A stretch of DNA of 64,000 nt from Moniliella sp. 'wahieum' (lineage: Eukaryota), in assembly GCA_003971905.1 (NCBI GenBank), contig RSEE01000044.1, positions 1 through 64,000 of the forward strand, in the 5' to 3' direction. The notes beneath the pieces are model-generated. The model saw only the letters and a list, made by a program, of their open reading frames with translations, searched no databases and was not told where the DNA came from. Of this stretch, positions 38,969 through 52,622 are shown piece by piece. Both the position numbers and the translations under genes were made by a program. The stretch's first letter is position 1. Every line of letters starts with the position of its first letter.

Positions 38969-41900
38969 CTAGTCCATGTTGCCCTCGTCGTCGGACGCAA
39001 GCATGTGCGCGTAGTCCTCAGCCGAAGCGAACGTAGACAGGTTCTTGCGCTTCTTGCGTTCGCGCCGGGCCAGTTGGGACTTGGACAGACCTTCAGTCTC
39101 TTCATCCTCTGCTGCTGGGCGCTTCTTGCCAGCCAACTGGGACTTGGCCTCCTCCGCATCATCAAGTCAGCAAAGGGCAAGAGATCCTCCTCGTCTCGAG
39201 CATGTCGTCCCCGTCAGAATCCGAATCCGAGACAGATGAGACACCAGCTTCGAGCGCCTCGTCCTCATCATCATCATCATTCCTCGTCTTCGTCCTGGTC
39301 TGCCGGGCCCTCGACTGCTGGACAGTTGCAATCGCCGTATCGTCCGCCTCTCCCTCGTCGGAGGAGTAGCCGTACATGTCCAAATCGTCATCGTCTTCCG
39401 CAGTCATCCCGGCTTGCTGCAGCTCCTTGGGCAGCGTTCGGCGCATTGCTTTCCACACTTGCTCCTCGTTCATCCCAAGCTCCGAGTCCACGTCCGAATC
39501 ATCCTCCGTTGGACCGGGGCTCCGTGGATGGTGCAGGTGCACGTGCCGCCTTGGTTGTCATGAACCGATGGAAGAAGGCCTGGTCGGGCGCGACCTGATC
39601 GGCGCGTTGCTGAGCAAACGCTGCGCTCCGAACATCCTCTTCCGGAAGCAGCCCTGTACGGCGCAAGTTGACCACCCCCGCGCCCCCGTCCATACCTAAC
39701 CGCAAACTCGCCACCGACGGCTGCATCGCCGAACCGCCCCGGAGCGGGATGACACTCGCCATACCTTCACCTTTGGACTTGGGGTTACGGTAGACGAACC
39801 GATCGAGGAAGTGGTGAGCGTGTGCAGACTCAAGTCCCCATTGGAGTAACCTTAGAACCCTGCAGAAGCTGCCGGGCGTTGAGGGCGACCGAGGGATGGA
39901 AGTGATGCGTGAGCGGGAGAAGCTCCCACCAACACGTTGTCTCGGCCAACGCGTACCGGGGGTCACGCTTCTTGCCGTCATACGTCGCGTGCTTGTGAAT
40001 CGAGGGCAGCGCGGCGGGTGCCTTCTCATCATCGGGATCAGGGGCATCGACAAAGTGCTCCGGCTCCCCGTCTTCGGGATCAGTGAGCATCGCGCTCAAG
40101 CCGGGGACGTGCTTGAGCAGCTCTGAGAGAAGGTAGAGGGCACCACAGATAAAGGACGGGTCCATCCCGGCTACCAGAACCTGAGTGAGACGCTTGACAA
40201 ACGCCTTGGCTCGGTTCGGTTCCGGGTCAGCCTTGATCGCCTTGAAGAGCAGTTGAGGTACATGGTTGCTTGTTAGATGTTGCGAGACGGGGGTCGAGAA
40301 GCGAATCGTAAAGTGTGCGGTAGAAACGGTCGGTCATCGGACCCAAATTCACCGAAAGAGGGCCGCGGTCTTCTTCTCTTGTCCGTGTCGGTCTTAGCCA
40401 GACGAGTTGGAAGAGTAGCTGGAGGGACTGCACTGCCAGCGTCACGACCCAGTATGAGTGACCTTGAAAAGTTGTCTCGACGTGCTTTGTCAAGCAGTTC
40501 CTGCGGTACCGCTGCAAAAGGGAATGCACGGCGCATGCCGGCCAGCAGCGCACTAAGCATCCTCCCATGTGCCTCGGTCGCGGAGAGAGCCGAGACAGCC
40601 TTCACCTTGCCCTTACCCTTACCCTTACCCTTGCCCTTTTTCCCCTTGCTGTCTCGCCGCGGTTCTTATCCTTGGGTTCGTCTTCTTGGCTTGCTCTCAT
40701 CTTGCGGCCTCCTCTTCGGCTCCTCCAGTCCGCCTTGGGCCATGAGTGCATCAAACAACTCAAAGTACAAGCAACCAGGGCTGTGGCCACTGCGGTATCT
40801 TGAGTAGTGAGAACCGTCTGGTTCAAGGTGATCACACCATAGTATTGGGCATGCACGTTTGCCTTGGGTTGCTCGGTTGCTGTGCCCGTTTTTCGCGCCC
40901 TCTGCATCTCTTCCGCCACCTCACGAACGACGATCGCCTTCATAGCCGGTGTGTGGTAAGCAAACTGAGAAGATGAGAGAAATCTTGGCCGCCACGAACG
41001 GTCGGGATCGCCAATCTTGGTAACGCGGAGGCGGAGTACGTTGTGCTCTTGCTCGCCTTGGTCGCGCAAGAGGTGGTAGGCATGCCCCACAGCTGCAATT
41101 CGCACAAAGGGGAGGGGTGTCGTGCATTTGGGCCTCGAGCGCGCGCAGGAAATGGAGGTAAAACTTCTTGAGCTCGTCTTCAAACGCAAACTTGGCCAGA
41201 TGTTGGTCCACCGCCCGCACTACGTCTTTCTTCGTCGACGAAGAAAGCGAGGCAACGAGTGCAAGGTCGGGCTGGTCGCGGAAGTAAAGAAGCTTCCCCC
41301 ACCAAGCCCACCCGGGCTCGCCAGCCAGTCCACAACTGCTCGGGTGGCAGGACCGGACTCGTGCCGGGAGTGCTTGCGCACCATAGCAAACAGCTTGTCC
41401 AGCGTCTCAAGGTTGTGCATGGGGCTCGACTGGATAAGTAGGGTCAATGCAGAAATTCGGTCGGACAACGTGGCACCGCTCTTGCTCTCCCCGTGCCATA
41501 AAGGAGGTCAGAGATGAACCTTGCATCACCTGCTGAGAGCGACCCGAGCGCCCAAGGAAGCAGCCTCCTTGCGCTTCCCAGAGTCTTTCAGCGCATGGAA
41601 AAAGGCCTGATTATCCGCAATGAGTAGCTCCTGTGCCCTCGTGCGCAGCGCGTCAACTTCCTCGTCGACGGCGGGGGGTGACCGTGGCGCCATCCGGCAG
41701 AGGCAGGAGGGGTACCGTAATCCACGAAGCCTGAGGGGGGACAAGTAGCTGTCCAGAGCCGACGCCTCCACGAGTATGGTGGAATGCTGCGAAAAGAGGC
41801 TCCGGCTCGGGAGCGCTCTTGTTCTGATGCGGCTCGCGCTGCCGATCGGCCGGGGGTGCGGAAGGCACTGAGCGCGCGTGGCCGTCGTCGTCAAAAGTGG

Positions 41901-42060
41901 TGTGGGACTTGGGCTTGCCCAGAGGGAGGCCGGCTGGGGTGCGCGGGGGCGGACGCTTGTCCTGCTTGGGCGCCTGCTGCTGTTGAGGCTTCTCGGCGCT
42001 CTTGGGCTTGGGCTTGCCAGCGCCCTCCCGGGCACCCTTGGGACGGAAGTCGCGGGCCAT
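38969..42060 (-). CDS. MAK21: Ribosome biogenesis factor Mak21/Noc1/CEBPZ
   Basis: SDRISALTLLIQSSPMHN, HAQYYGVITLNQ, DRFYRTLYDSLLDPRL, YDGKKRDPR, HFLDRFVYRNPK, ends LPTFASAEDYAHML. Confidence 0.92.
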
Positions 42061-42772
42061 GGCTCGGTGGTGGGAGAGAAGAGCACCGAAAAAATTATAT
42101 GTCGCAAAGGAAAATTAGGGATTATGTCATCCACACAGGGTGCCACCACCCGTGAGGATCACCGGTCACCGGTCACCCGAGCTCAGCGCTCCCCGCTTAC
42201 TACCCGCTCACCGGCACCAGCTCCCAAATTAGAATACTTCTCCACTGGATTGCTCCTCGCCTCAATGCGGCCCGGGAGGCAGGGGACCCAGTCGCACACG
42301 CCGTTCATTGGTACGGCCTCGCCAGAATGAGGATAAGCTGCCACCATGAGGCATGGCATCCGATGCCTCTACTTGGGTATATACACCAACTTGGTCAACT
42401 CCCTTGTCTGTTCATGCTGTGGCCTGCCGGGGGCCAGACTCCAAACCGGCATCATCAGCGCCACCACAATGCTCTTTCCAGACGCTCTCATCCAATCCTT
42501 GTAGGGTTCTTCCGATTGTAGCTGATAGAATGGCGCCCACCAGGGAAGTAGGGATGCTTGCAGTGCCTGTTCTGTAACACGCAAATGGGTGTGCGGTTAT
42601 CGATTGGCCTGGCACGATTTTCTCTGGAACAAGGAAGCCGAGGCGAGATGCTAAGAACACAACAGCAGGCAAGGAAGTGGGAAATATGCTCTAGTTTCAA
42701 CCGGCGGGAGGTAGGGGGGTAGGGTGCTCATTTTGGGGGCATCCTGCCTAAATTTTTTCTCTCCCAGGGAGT

Positions 42773-43655
42773 TCAGACACGAGGTCCGCCCGGGTAGGTG
42801 GCCTTACGCCCCATGTCAAACGGAACATACTTGTACTTGATCATGTGCTGGATCTGACGGCGCAGGGTCAAAATCAGCAGAGTGAAAAAGTAGAAGACCA
42901 AGATGGGCCAGAAGACGGGGACGTCAAACATGGTGAACAAGGTGCAGAAAATCGAGATGAGAATGGCCTTCGTCGCTGAAAGCCAGAACTGGATGCCTGT
43001 GTCAGCCACTTTGCAACAAAGATCAGGTGGGGGGGGAGACATACGGAAAACTCTGGCAACCGCCGTACAAAGGGACGGAACTCATCCTCGGCCTGTGGGG
43101 GACCAAAGATGCCACTCATCAGCCCCCCGATGATGGAGGAGGAGCCTCCGGGGTGGCGGGCCCGCCAGCCTCGATGTTGTCAACCTCCATGTCGTCATCA
43201 AAGGAGGGATCAAATTTGGGAGTAAGGAAGGCAAGGAAGAGGTTAAGAAGAAGGTGAAGAGGGGGCGTAGCAGACAATGTACCACCCTTCGGAGATGAGG
43301 ATGCGCAGCATAAAGACGACCAGTGCACCAGCAGTAAAGCCCCAGCGCTGAGGGGAAGGGGGTGGAACGGTCGAGGATCAGCTGATAGCGTTGCTGGGCA
43401 AGCTGGATGAGGTGCTGACCCTTCTCCAGTGCAGGAGGAAGGGAGCTGTCGCTGGTGGCAGCAGGATTAGGGCAGAGAAGCCGCTGGCAACAAAGCCACT
43501 GCTGCTGGGGCCAAAGCTAGAGTCGAAAGCGGGCATGTGGGATTGGGGTGGGGGTGGGGCGGGGGCTGGGCAGCAGGCGAGGGGGCATAGAAACCACTGC
43601 TGGCGTCTCCGCCACCCATAGGCGGGTACTCGCCAGGATCCTCAGCGCGCATCAT
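42773..43655 (-). CDS. RER1: ER retrieval receptor Rer1
   Basis: LLNLFLAFLTPKFDPS, DEFRPFVRRLPEF, FDVPVFWPILVFYF, RRQIQHMIKYKYVPFD. Start codon uncertain. Confidence 0.93.
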
Positions 43656-44012
43656 CCTCAGGTCTCAGGGGTCGGCGTTGGCGTGGCAGGAGGTGGAGTC
43701 GAGCCAGGACGTTGTGCCTGGGTGGCATCCAGGGCGCGCCTCTGCGGGACTTTTGAGCAGGACTTACCTTAGCTAGGGGGGGGTCACCGCTCACCGGCCG
43801 TCACGCGTCACACCGGCCAGGCAGGACAAGCTCCACGTCGATCCGAGGCAGGCAGTAGACCTGCCACATGCCCCGCGTCAGATGCTCAGATCCGGACTCC
43901 GAGTACCCAGTCTGCGTCCGAAGCCTCCGAAGGCGCGTCGCGTAGCCGCGTGCTGAAATTTCGACCGCTGGCGTCTTCCACCACCACCACTGGCTCGGCC
44001 CCTGCTCGTCCC

Positions 44013-45148
44013 ATGTCTGCCTCGACCGCCGTCTCCGACACGCAGATGCACATTGCTGAAGAGCATGCAGCCCAGCATCCAGCAGTAGCCGACAACGCCG
44101 CCTCCGCCTCCTCCGCCAAGTTTGGGCTTGAGCTTCCCTGGGTTGAAAAGTACCGCCCCCGTGTGCTAGCGACGATGTGGTGGGCAATGCGGCGGTGGTG
44201 GAGCGGCTCAAGGCTATTCAAAAGGATGGCAACGTGCCTCATATGATGCTCTCTGGTCTTCCTGGCATTGGGAAAACCACTTCGTCCTCTGCCTTGCTCG
44301 CGCGCTCTGGGCGACCAATACAAAAACGCAGTACTCGAGCTCAATGCTAGCGACGAACGTGGGATCGACGTGGTGCGATCCAAAATCAAGAGCTTTGCTA
44401 GCAAGGCCATCACCTTGCCGCCCGGTCAGCACAAAATTGTGATTCTCGATGAAGCGGATAGCATGACGGCCGGTGCCCAGCAGGCGCGGCGCACGATGGA
44501 GTTGTACTCTGGACCACCCGCTTTTGTTTCGCCTGCAACCAGAGCAACAAGATCATTGACCCGATTCAATCCCGTTGCGCCATCTTGCGCTTCACCAAAC
44601 TTTCTGATCAAGATGTGCTCGACCGTTTGACAGAAATTGTCGAAGCGAAGGCGTACGTCTCTCCGACCCCTGATCCCCATACCAGTTCAAGCTAACCCTC
44701 CCTCCAGGTCAAGTACACGAATGAAGGTCTTGGAGCGCTCATCTTTACTGCTGACGGAGATATGCGACAGGCGATCAACAACCTCCAATCCACCTGGGCC
44801 GGCTTTGGTTTCGTGTCACAAGAAAACGTGTTAAGGTTGTGGACCAACCCCATCCACAGGTTGCCAACCAGATCCTCCAGCCTGCCGTGACGGCCAGCTC
44901 GACTTGGCCGTCGAGATCCTTGACGAGGTGTGGATCCAAGGCTACAGTGCTCTGGACATTATAACCACTCTGTTCCGCGTGTCCAAGACAATGCCCACTC
45001 TTTCGGACCAAGTAAAGTTGGATTACATTCGTGAGATTGGCCTCACCCACATGCGCATCTTGGAAGGAGTCGCGACTCGGTCCAGCTTGGGGGTCTACTG
45101 GCCCGGCTAACCAAATTGTCCCTGCCCAAGCAAGCATTTCAACTTTAG
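44013..45148 (+). CDS. RFC4: Replication factor C small subunit (yeast Rfc4 / human RFC2 type)
   Basis: [67 protein letters not shown]. Confidence 0.92.
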
Positions 45149-45259
45149 CGATCAAGCCCAGACAATGTACCACTACGATCATCCACTGTGCCACCTGTAT
45201 AGCCTACTCCGCATCCTAGGCACTGATTAGCCCCGGTGCGCGTGTTCTTGCATAGTACT

Positions 45260-46212
45260 TCATCTCTTGTGCGGCATGCCACACGTTCTCCTCCGCTCCC
45301 TCTTAGCGAATAGCGAAGGGCACTCCCTTTTCTGTCTCTCCATGGGAGGTGCGTACCCGGGTACACGGCTCGAGACGCCATGAAACCAGTCATCTAAAAT
45401 CTTCATCCGCAGATAATCATCCGGTTTTGCCAGCATCAGGGAGATGGATGTCATGCAAAACATCCATAGCGAAAAAACACGCCACAGTCGCCAATTCAGA
45501 ACCACCCGCCCCGAATGAACCAACGTGACCACCTGTCGGTGGTACGCTTGCTGGTCGAGCAGAGGGGCGTAGTAGATGAAGCACCATCAAGCAGCGAACA
45601 CGCTCGAAACTACACAAGAATAGGCTGGTGTTGTACAGTTGGAGGCGAGCAATGAGCAGTCTAATCATTGGTCGAGCCATCAATATCGTGCTTACGGCAC
45701 CGCTTGGAGATGAAAGCCAAGAGCCAAGAACAGGATGAGTATTGCATCAAAGACCTTCCCAACGAGAAGACGACAGTATGTGAAACAGTTCCCAAGACGT
45801 GATGGGACACCATTCAAGCAAGCACTATAACGCCGAAAGCAGAGTTTGAAAAAGAAGTAAGTACATTGGAAAACATGAGGATGAAGTAGAGCAGACTTAC
45901 ATTAAACGACGAAACGATCGACACTGCACCTGGGTATGCAAGTCGAACCTGGATGTGTCACAACGTGGGTCAGCATTTTGTTGTGCAAACATGGCTGGAT
46001 GCAAATAGCCCACGACATGCACGACACAAGGAGAATTCAGTGAAACGAGAACGAAAAAGAGTCCTCAACGGCGCGAGGCCTAGGTGAACGTAGGTAAAAA
46101 GTTTGAACATCCTTATGCTCCTTGTGTCCAGTCGCAAGCACCAGTATAAGCAACGCACCTTAAAAGTGATCAAAATATTACCGTTGACTGACGCAGGGTA
46201 ACAGCCAATCAT
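45260..46212 (-). pseudogene. Multi-exon hydrophobic gene or gene relic, unidentified
   Basis: ATG at 46212 followed by GTGCGT..CTAG and GTAAGT..TAG intron-like segments, with in-frame stops. Very weak resemblance to TB2/DP1/HVA22 proteins. Confidence 0.3.
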
Positions 46213-47098
46213 GGTGAAGGCGGTGGTGATGGTGGTGGGTTATGCCGTCGAAAGGCATGTGGTACTGGTTTTGACGGCAAAGAAAAATTGGTCCAGGGTC
46301 AATATTCAATTCCGCCTTTAGACTTCAGACCGACCTCCACTTCGCCCAGGTGAGTGAAATTTCAGCTAGGGTAGTTTCAGCGAGGTAGATCCATCGATGA
46401 TTCGCCGGGCTGCCGAAGCCACTGGGCTACTCAATAATTGCATTAACTGCAACGAGTACTAACGTCCTGTTTCCGTACTGAGTTACTGAGTACTTGTGCA
46501 ACACAACCACGTCGTCGCGAATGGGGTTGAACGTTGATGACGTTGATGCGGTTGGGGAGAAGGGACGACACTACCTTGCTCGCGACTCGGACGGTCCTAT
46601 CTTCCTCGTTTAGAGGGATAATCGATCGATAATCGATATTGCGGAATACCCGCATATAACTGGTGGTCACATCGAACACATGTCCGCCGTGGGGATAGAA
46701 ATGTCCCGTTGTCCAGATATTGACTGCCATACCTGTGCAATATCTCTGGGCTGTTGGTGTCAAGTGCAATGTATAGGCGACATTCTGCGCGTCCATAGGG
46801 CAGGCCATTCGGCCACCGAGCATCGTGAAAAAATTTGGCGAAGTTGGCGCCCATTGCCTATTATGGCTGGTTTTCTGTACCTGCGCGACGCAAGCAGGTC
46901 ATGGTCTCAACAGCATAATATACGAGGCATGGCCCCTCTATGGTTCTTGCGTTAATGTCTATGTTCGCCCTCCACCTCTTCCACATACTTTCCGGACAAG
47001 TTAAAGATTGCTACGGTATGCGATTGGTATGCTTTGAATGGGTGGGTGCGCGGCTGCTGGTGGGTTCACACGTTCACAGGCCAGCTTTAGCCAAGTCC

Positions 47099-49177
47099 TC
47101 ACAGATCTGAGGAAGAAGATGGTGCGTCGAATGGTTCTTGAGATGGCTGCTCAGGGTCTGTTGGTTCCTCCTTGGTCGCTGGCTTGGACGGAGACGGCAA
47201 ATTCTCCGCCGTACTTTCAGGAGCGGGCTTGGCTTCTTCCGCCGTACCCGTCTTCTTGAAAGGCTCCACGTGGGCGGGTCCACGCAGGCGGGGTCCAGGT
47301 AGGTAGCCAGGAAGAGCTCGAGGCTGGGGCAGGACGGGCGGCGGAATTGTTCCAGCCAATGATGCCAAGGTGGCTGACCCGTCAGGGTGCCCTGGTATTG
47401 ACCCCAGCGGCAACTGTCCACCGAAACCAACCGTCGTTAGGGCCTTCGGCCTCCAGAGACCCCGTGAGAAAGCGGAATTCTGAGAGGAGCGTCGGGGGAA
47501 CTGGGCGCCCCAGGAGAAGTACTGCACGTCCGGACGATCGGGACAGGTGAGATTAAAGATGGCCATCCGTTCTGTCGTTAGATCTTCAAACGCCCGTCCT
47601 CCCCCAGGCACACCCAGCGCGGTCAGCATCGAGACCAGACGAGGGATCCGGCTCAGGCCCACCACCTTTTCTAGCATATAATCCGCAAGCTACTGCCACG
47701 GTGAGGAGTGGTGATGGTGGTTGCGAGGCCACCTTGACGAGTAGCGGCTGCGCCCATGACTCAGGCGAGAGATGAGGTAGCGCAGTCCAAGCCGCCCATC
47801 GAGTGGGCAATCATGTTGACCTCCCGTCCAGAAAAGCGCTCTTCCACCTCCACTTTCAGCGCCGCCGCACGCTCTTGAATGCTTGCTGCCGTCGGCAGGT
47901 GGCAGACCAACACCTCCACACCCATTGGCCTCAAGCGCCTCGGTCGCTCCTCGCCAGTACGAGATGGAGATATTGGACCACTTGAGCTCACTGAAACCAA
48001 ACAGCCCATGAATGAACACAACGGGCAAGCGTGGAGGTTGCCAGTCCTTTTGTTTGCGCAGGAGCTGCGGAACTTCGGTCGGACCAAGTGCTGAGGCTGG
48101 CTGGGTGGCGGCGCTTCCGACGCCTCATGCACCCGAGCTGCTAGGACCGAAGCCGGAGCTGTCGTCCAACACAGGGCCTTGGGAGGCGGGGTGAGAGGCG
48201 GCGCACCCCCTTTCCCAGGGCGATCGAGGCCACCAGCTCGTCCGCATGAGTCGGGCGCGGGTCTTCGACGTCCTGCCCGGGGCGACTGCGGGAGCGGTTG
48301 AACAAGTTTTGAATCCGGGCACGCTGTAGCGCAAGCCAGTCAGCCGGCACACTTCATCCTGCGGCTGTGCCATGCCTCGACCTTGCCGGGGTTCGAGTCT
48401 TTGCCCTGATCCTGGTCCTTATCCGTATCTTGGGCAGCGGGTTGAGTGGGGTCAGGCCTTGCAAAAGAGGGCAGGCAAGGTTTGAAAAAAGTGCGCAGTT
48501 GCCCTCCCGCTAAACTAAGCTGGTCCTTAAATGTCGGCACTTCGTTTGGCCGTGGCGGAAGGGGGGCGGTTCAGACTTGAGCAACGTCTTCAGTCGTCCT
48601 TCCACCGGAGTAGAGTAATCCAGTTTGGCACGCACATCCGCCGGCAGGTTCGCCCGAAGCAGCATCTCCTCCCCGGGAGTCGAGTACGTCCCAATTGCCG
48701 TCTGGCCTAGTGCGCTGTGAGGCGAGGGGGGGCTGGAGGGATGTCGGGGGGATGGGTGGGCCGCCATGCGCGCCCCGGCTTGCGGATAAAGGCACCATCG
48801 CCGGAGCCGGAAGCCAGGAATCTGTGCCTGACTCGCCTGTGCACACGTCAGGTTCATGTCTGGAGCAGCGTGGGAGGGGGCGGCGTACCATAGTTGGCAG
48901 CAAGGTCGGGGGTGTTAGGGGGCATAGGTGCGTCCATGGCCTCCTGAAGCTCGGTGTCGAGACGAGGATGGGGCGTGTGGGCATGCCATGCACGGCATTG
49001 GACGTGGAGCTCTCTCGGCGGCCAGAATGAATGAAGCAGAGGGAGAGCGGGGTGGGCTGTGTGCAGAGGGGGCTCGGGGGCAGGATGTGCGGAGAGAAGG
49101 AGCCTGGAGGGGGAGCTGCTGTTGGGGTGCTTCAGGGCCGGCGGCGCGGCTGCTGAGGGAGCGGGACCGTCGGACAT
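47099..49177 (-). CDS. Triacylglycerol lipase, Tgl2-like alpha/beta hydrolase
   Basis: PVVFIHGLFGF, ASIQERA, nucleophile motif IAHSMGGLD, AFEDLTTERM..FN..CPD.PDVQYFSWGA. Confidence 0.85.
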
Positions 49178-49723
49178 GATGGCCGCGTGTGGGGCGGCTG
49201 AGCCAGGGGGTGGCGGGAGACAGGCGCAGGCGCAGGCGCTGGATGGACGAGTGGGTGGCAGCGGCTGCTGCTTGGGCGTTACCACCCGGCGGTAGATTGC
49301 GCCGCTTCGGTCAGACGAGTGCGCATCGACTAATTACGCTGCTGCGCTCCGCCATCCCCCACCCATCCATCCATCCCTCCCTGCAACATTGGCATCATCA
49401 TCACGACGATCATCCACCCCAGCCTGGCGGGCACAACGGGTTGTGAAAATAGGATAGGCAGGAACATTTCATTTGGCCTGCAGGTCCTCTCTTGCCTGCT
49501 GTTACTATCGCCCAACGCTACGACCTGCTACGACGCGGGTCAAGCAAAGCAGTACTCAACTCAATCCTGACCACAAGTATGAATGGTGTCGATGAACGTG
49601 CAGGCGGACGATGTACAAAACGCGGTACATCAGCAGAAGCATGCATGGGCTGGGCCGAGGAAGCCCACAGGCATATGGAATTCAAGGGCAAATGCAACAA
49701 GGGCAGGTAAACTTGAAGCCGAG

Positions 49724-52622
49724 TTACCAAGGCGCCTGGTATACTGAACGAAACGACAAACAAGTGCTAGGAGAGATGGCATGGATGATAGCCGCTCCCA
49801 CGGGGACATGGCAATCCGCAAAGGACGAAGAGACGTCCTGGCCCAAGTGGAACCCCACCGCCAGCAAGTCCCTTCCGCTTACATCTCCGACGCAGCTAGT
49901 GTCACGACTGCAACTTAGAGCAGGCCGGGGCAGGACTGCTGGGGACGAAGAAATGGGGCAGGTCGCCTGCAAGTCCTGTGCCTCCTCCTCTTCCTCCAAG
50001 ACAAAGACTGGGTCACAGGTGGGCTTGTGCAGCGGCTGGAGCCCAATCAAGTCCGGGGGACATGCTGGGGTCGCACGACGAGCCAGGCGGAATTCCCGGC
50101 GCAACGCCCAACCTTTGATAAGAAGCAGTGCCGCAGTAAAGCAGAAGCAGAGACAACAACTGCCACAAGGAAGCACAGAATTGCCATCACGTCGTCATAC
50201 CCTGCTCGCATGGCAGCAAAGGAAACCTCTTCCGAGGAAAGCATGAAGGCCAGGCCGCCGCCAGAAAGGCAAAACGCCGCCAGCGCCTCGGTGGGGGGGC
50301 GCGAGGGAAGAATGGAGGTTGGCGGACGAAGCCAAAGGAAGACATATGTTAACAGACGGAAAACGCCAAACCCTGCGAGAGCGTTACCCCACAGTACATG
50401 GATCTGTACCTCATACTCATAGTCCTGGTGGGGGCTGCCATCGCGCTGCCTGTGAGACCAATGATAACAGCTGGGAACGGGTTGAAGGACGATGCGTACG
50501 AGGGTGGCGGGGCCTGGACATTGACCAGTTCGTCCGCATCGTCCCGCGCCGGTACCCCCTCCAAACTGTAGGCGCCGCTACGCGCACGCCCAGATGCGGT
50601 GGGCGAGACTCCATGCTCCGAGGGAGTAGGCGGAAGGATGGTTGAGTGCACCAGTGAAGGAGAACAGTCGCGCAACCGACGAGTCTCCAGGAACAGCCCG
50701 ACCAGCCCCCAAACCAGAACATGACCGCGATGGAGATGTGTGAATTTGCTTAATGGAATAAGGATCGCCCGGTTTGGCCCCAAATCGCTCCATCCACGTG
50801 TTGGTGATGCCATAGACAAAGATGACCATGCACTCGATGAACTCGCCTGTCACCACATTCCGGCGCCAGCGGGTAATGCCCGGGCGTCGGGACGAGCCCA
50901 AGGTCGGTTTCCGGTTCCATGCCCAACCAAACTCGGCTACGCGCCCAGGTAGCGTGCCCAAGTCAGGACCATACCAAAAAGATGGCGCCCTTGATCCCGT
51001 GAGCGGCACAGGTGTTGACGCGGTTGCCACGGCAGGTGCCCGTGTAAATGGCCAGACCCGTGTAACCACACGCAAAGCCGAAGACAGGCAAGGAACGGTT
51101 GACCACCACATGAGTATAGCGGAAGATAGTCAACATCTTGCAAAGCGAGGTGGGTCGAGGGGTAAGCTTGGGCTGCTCATTGCGTAGATTGTGATGACTG
51201 GCCGGTACGGTAGAAGAACTCAAGAGCGTGCTTTGAGGCGAGAACTGCGGCTGCTTCCACTTCGATAAGATGGCAGCTTGGAAGTGGCATAAGACAGCCA
51301 GTCAGGCCCCACGTGGTGCGGCGCATTGACCAATGTCCCCACAGGTGATGGTGGGCTTTCTGTCCGCTCCACGCCCATTTCAACCGCCATATCGTCCGGG
51401 AGGGGCTCAAGGACTCGTTCTTCTTCTTGAAGAAGCGCTCGTGCTTCTCTGGACGAAAGGGTTGATCCCGACCCAGAGCGATGCGAACAAACTGGGACCA
51501 TCGCGCCCGTGGCCTGCCTACGAAAGACCGTTTGTCTCAGGGGGCGAGGAGCGACCAAAGCCGAAGGCGGCTGCTGCGGCATGGAACAGCTGTCCCACGA
51601 GACGAACACGTCCTTTCCCAACGCAGCGACCGAGACACCCAGAACAGGATGTGTCCCATCTTCCCGTGCGCATTGGACGGGTACAAGGGTGGGGTCAAAG
51701 TATTGTATAGTTGGCAAGAAGGATAGAACCTCCCAATGTGGCCAGGTATACAAGGCAAGCCAAGGGAGCCAAAGAAGAGTGTCCTGCCTTCAGGGCAAGT
51801 GCTTCGGAGGTGGGAGGAAAGAAAAACAGGGATCAGCTGGACTCCCAAAGAGCAAGAAATGGAGGCATACCAATCGGACATAAGACCACCGTGGCAATGA
51901 CACAGCCAACAATGTGGGCCACATAAGTCGCCTGTGACGGCGTATGTGTCCATCATCAGGGACAAAAAAACGATGCGTTGCTCCTGTTTGCGCTCAGCTG
52001 CGGAGATCTTGTCGGTGTCAAATAAGGTTCGCCATATCCCATTCACATCGCCCATCAAGCGTTCTGGGCGGGCGAGTGCTTCTGAATCCACAAAGCGCGC
52101 CACTTCAGCGTCGCTTCCCATATCCTGCCATTATCCCATTCGATATAACTCAGCGGTGTTGGGCCAGAGGAAAGGAAAAGGTTAGTCTCATTGAGGTGTG
52201 CGAGTACGGGCGTGATTGCCTGTGGTGGTGCGCTCCAGCCCACCTCCTGGGATCCAGGGAACAGGTACCAGTTCCCCAGGCTCGGCATATGGAATGGAAA
52301 CTGTGTGGTGAAGGTTGGTGTGGGTAATTGCCTCTTCTGGCTGCGAAGACGAGCCTTGCACATGGTTGTGGTCGGGCTCCGGTTGGTGCTGATGCAGATG
52401 CTCATGCGACGGGACGGGTTCGGCGTCGGCGATGGGGTCGGAATGGGAATGGCTATCGCTTTCCGCAATGGAGACGGGTGAGGGGAGAGGCGGGGCAGGA
52501 GGGTCGTTGTGGGGTTCGTCGCCGTGGCGGATGCGCAGGTCTGGCAGCGCGGGGGCGAGAGCAGCAGTAGCACCGCCCGAAGCGGCAAGGGCCACGAGGG
52601 CGGCGGTGGCGAGACGAACCAT
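49724..52622 (-). CDS. Ytp1/DUF2427 multi-pass membrane protein (YCR061W-like)
   Basis: Signal peptide, His-rich N-terminus, ECMVIFVYGITNTWMERFG, SFNPFPAVIIGLTG, LPSRPPTE-like motif, FMLSSEE. 3' end approximate. Confidence 0.8.

Noticed and set aside
40605..40640. (CCCTTA)n resembling an interstitial telomere
   Set aside because: The unit is TAAGGG, not TTAGGG, and it encodes a GK repeat within MAK21.
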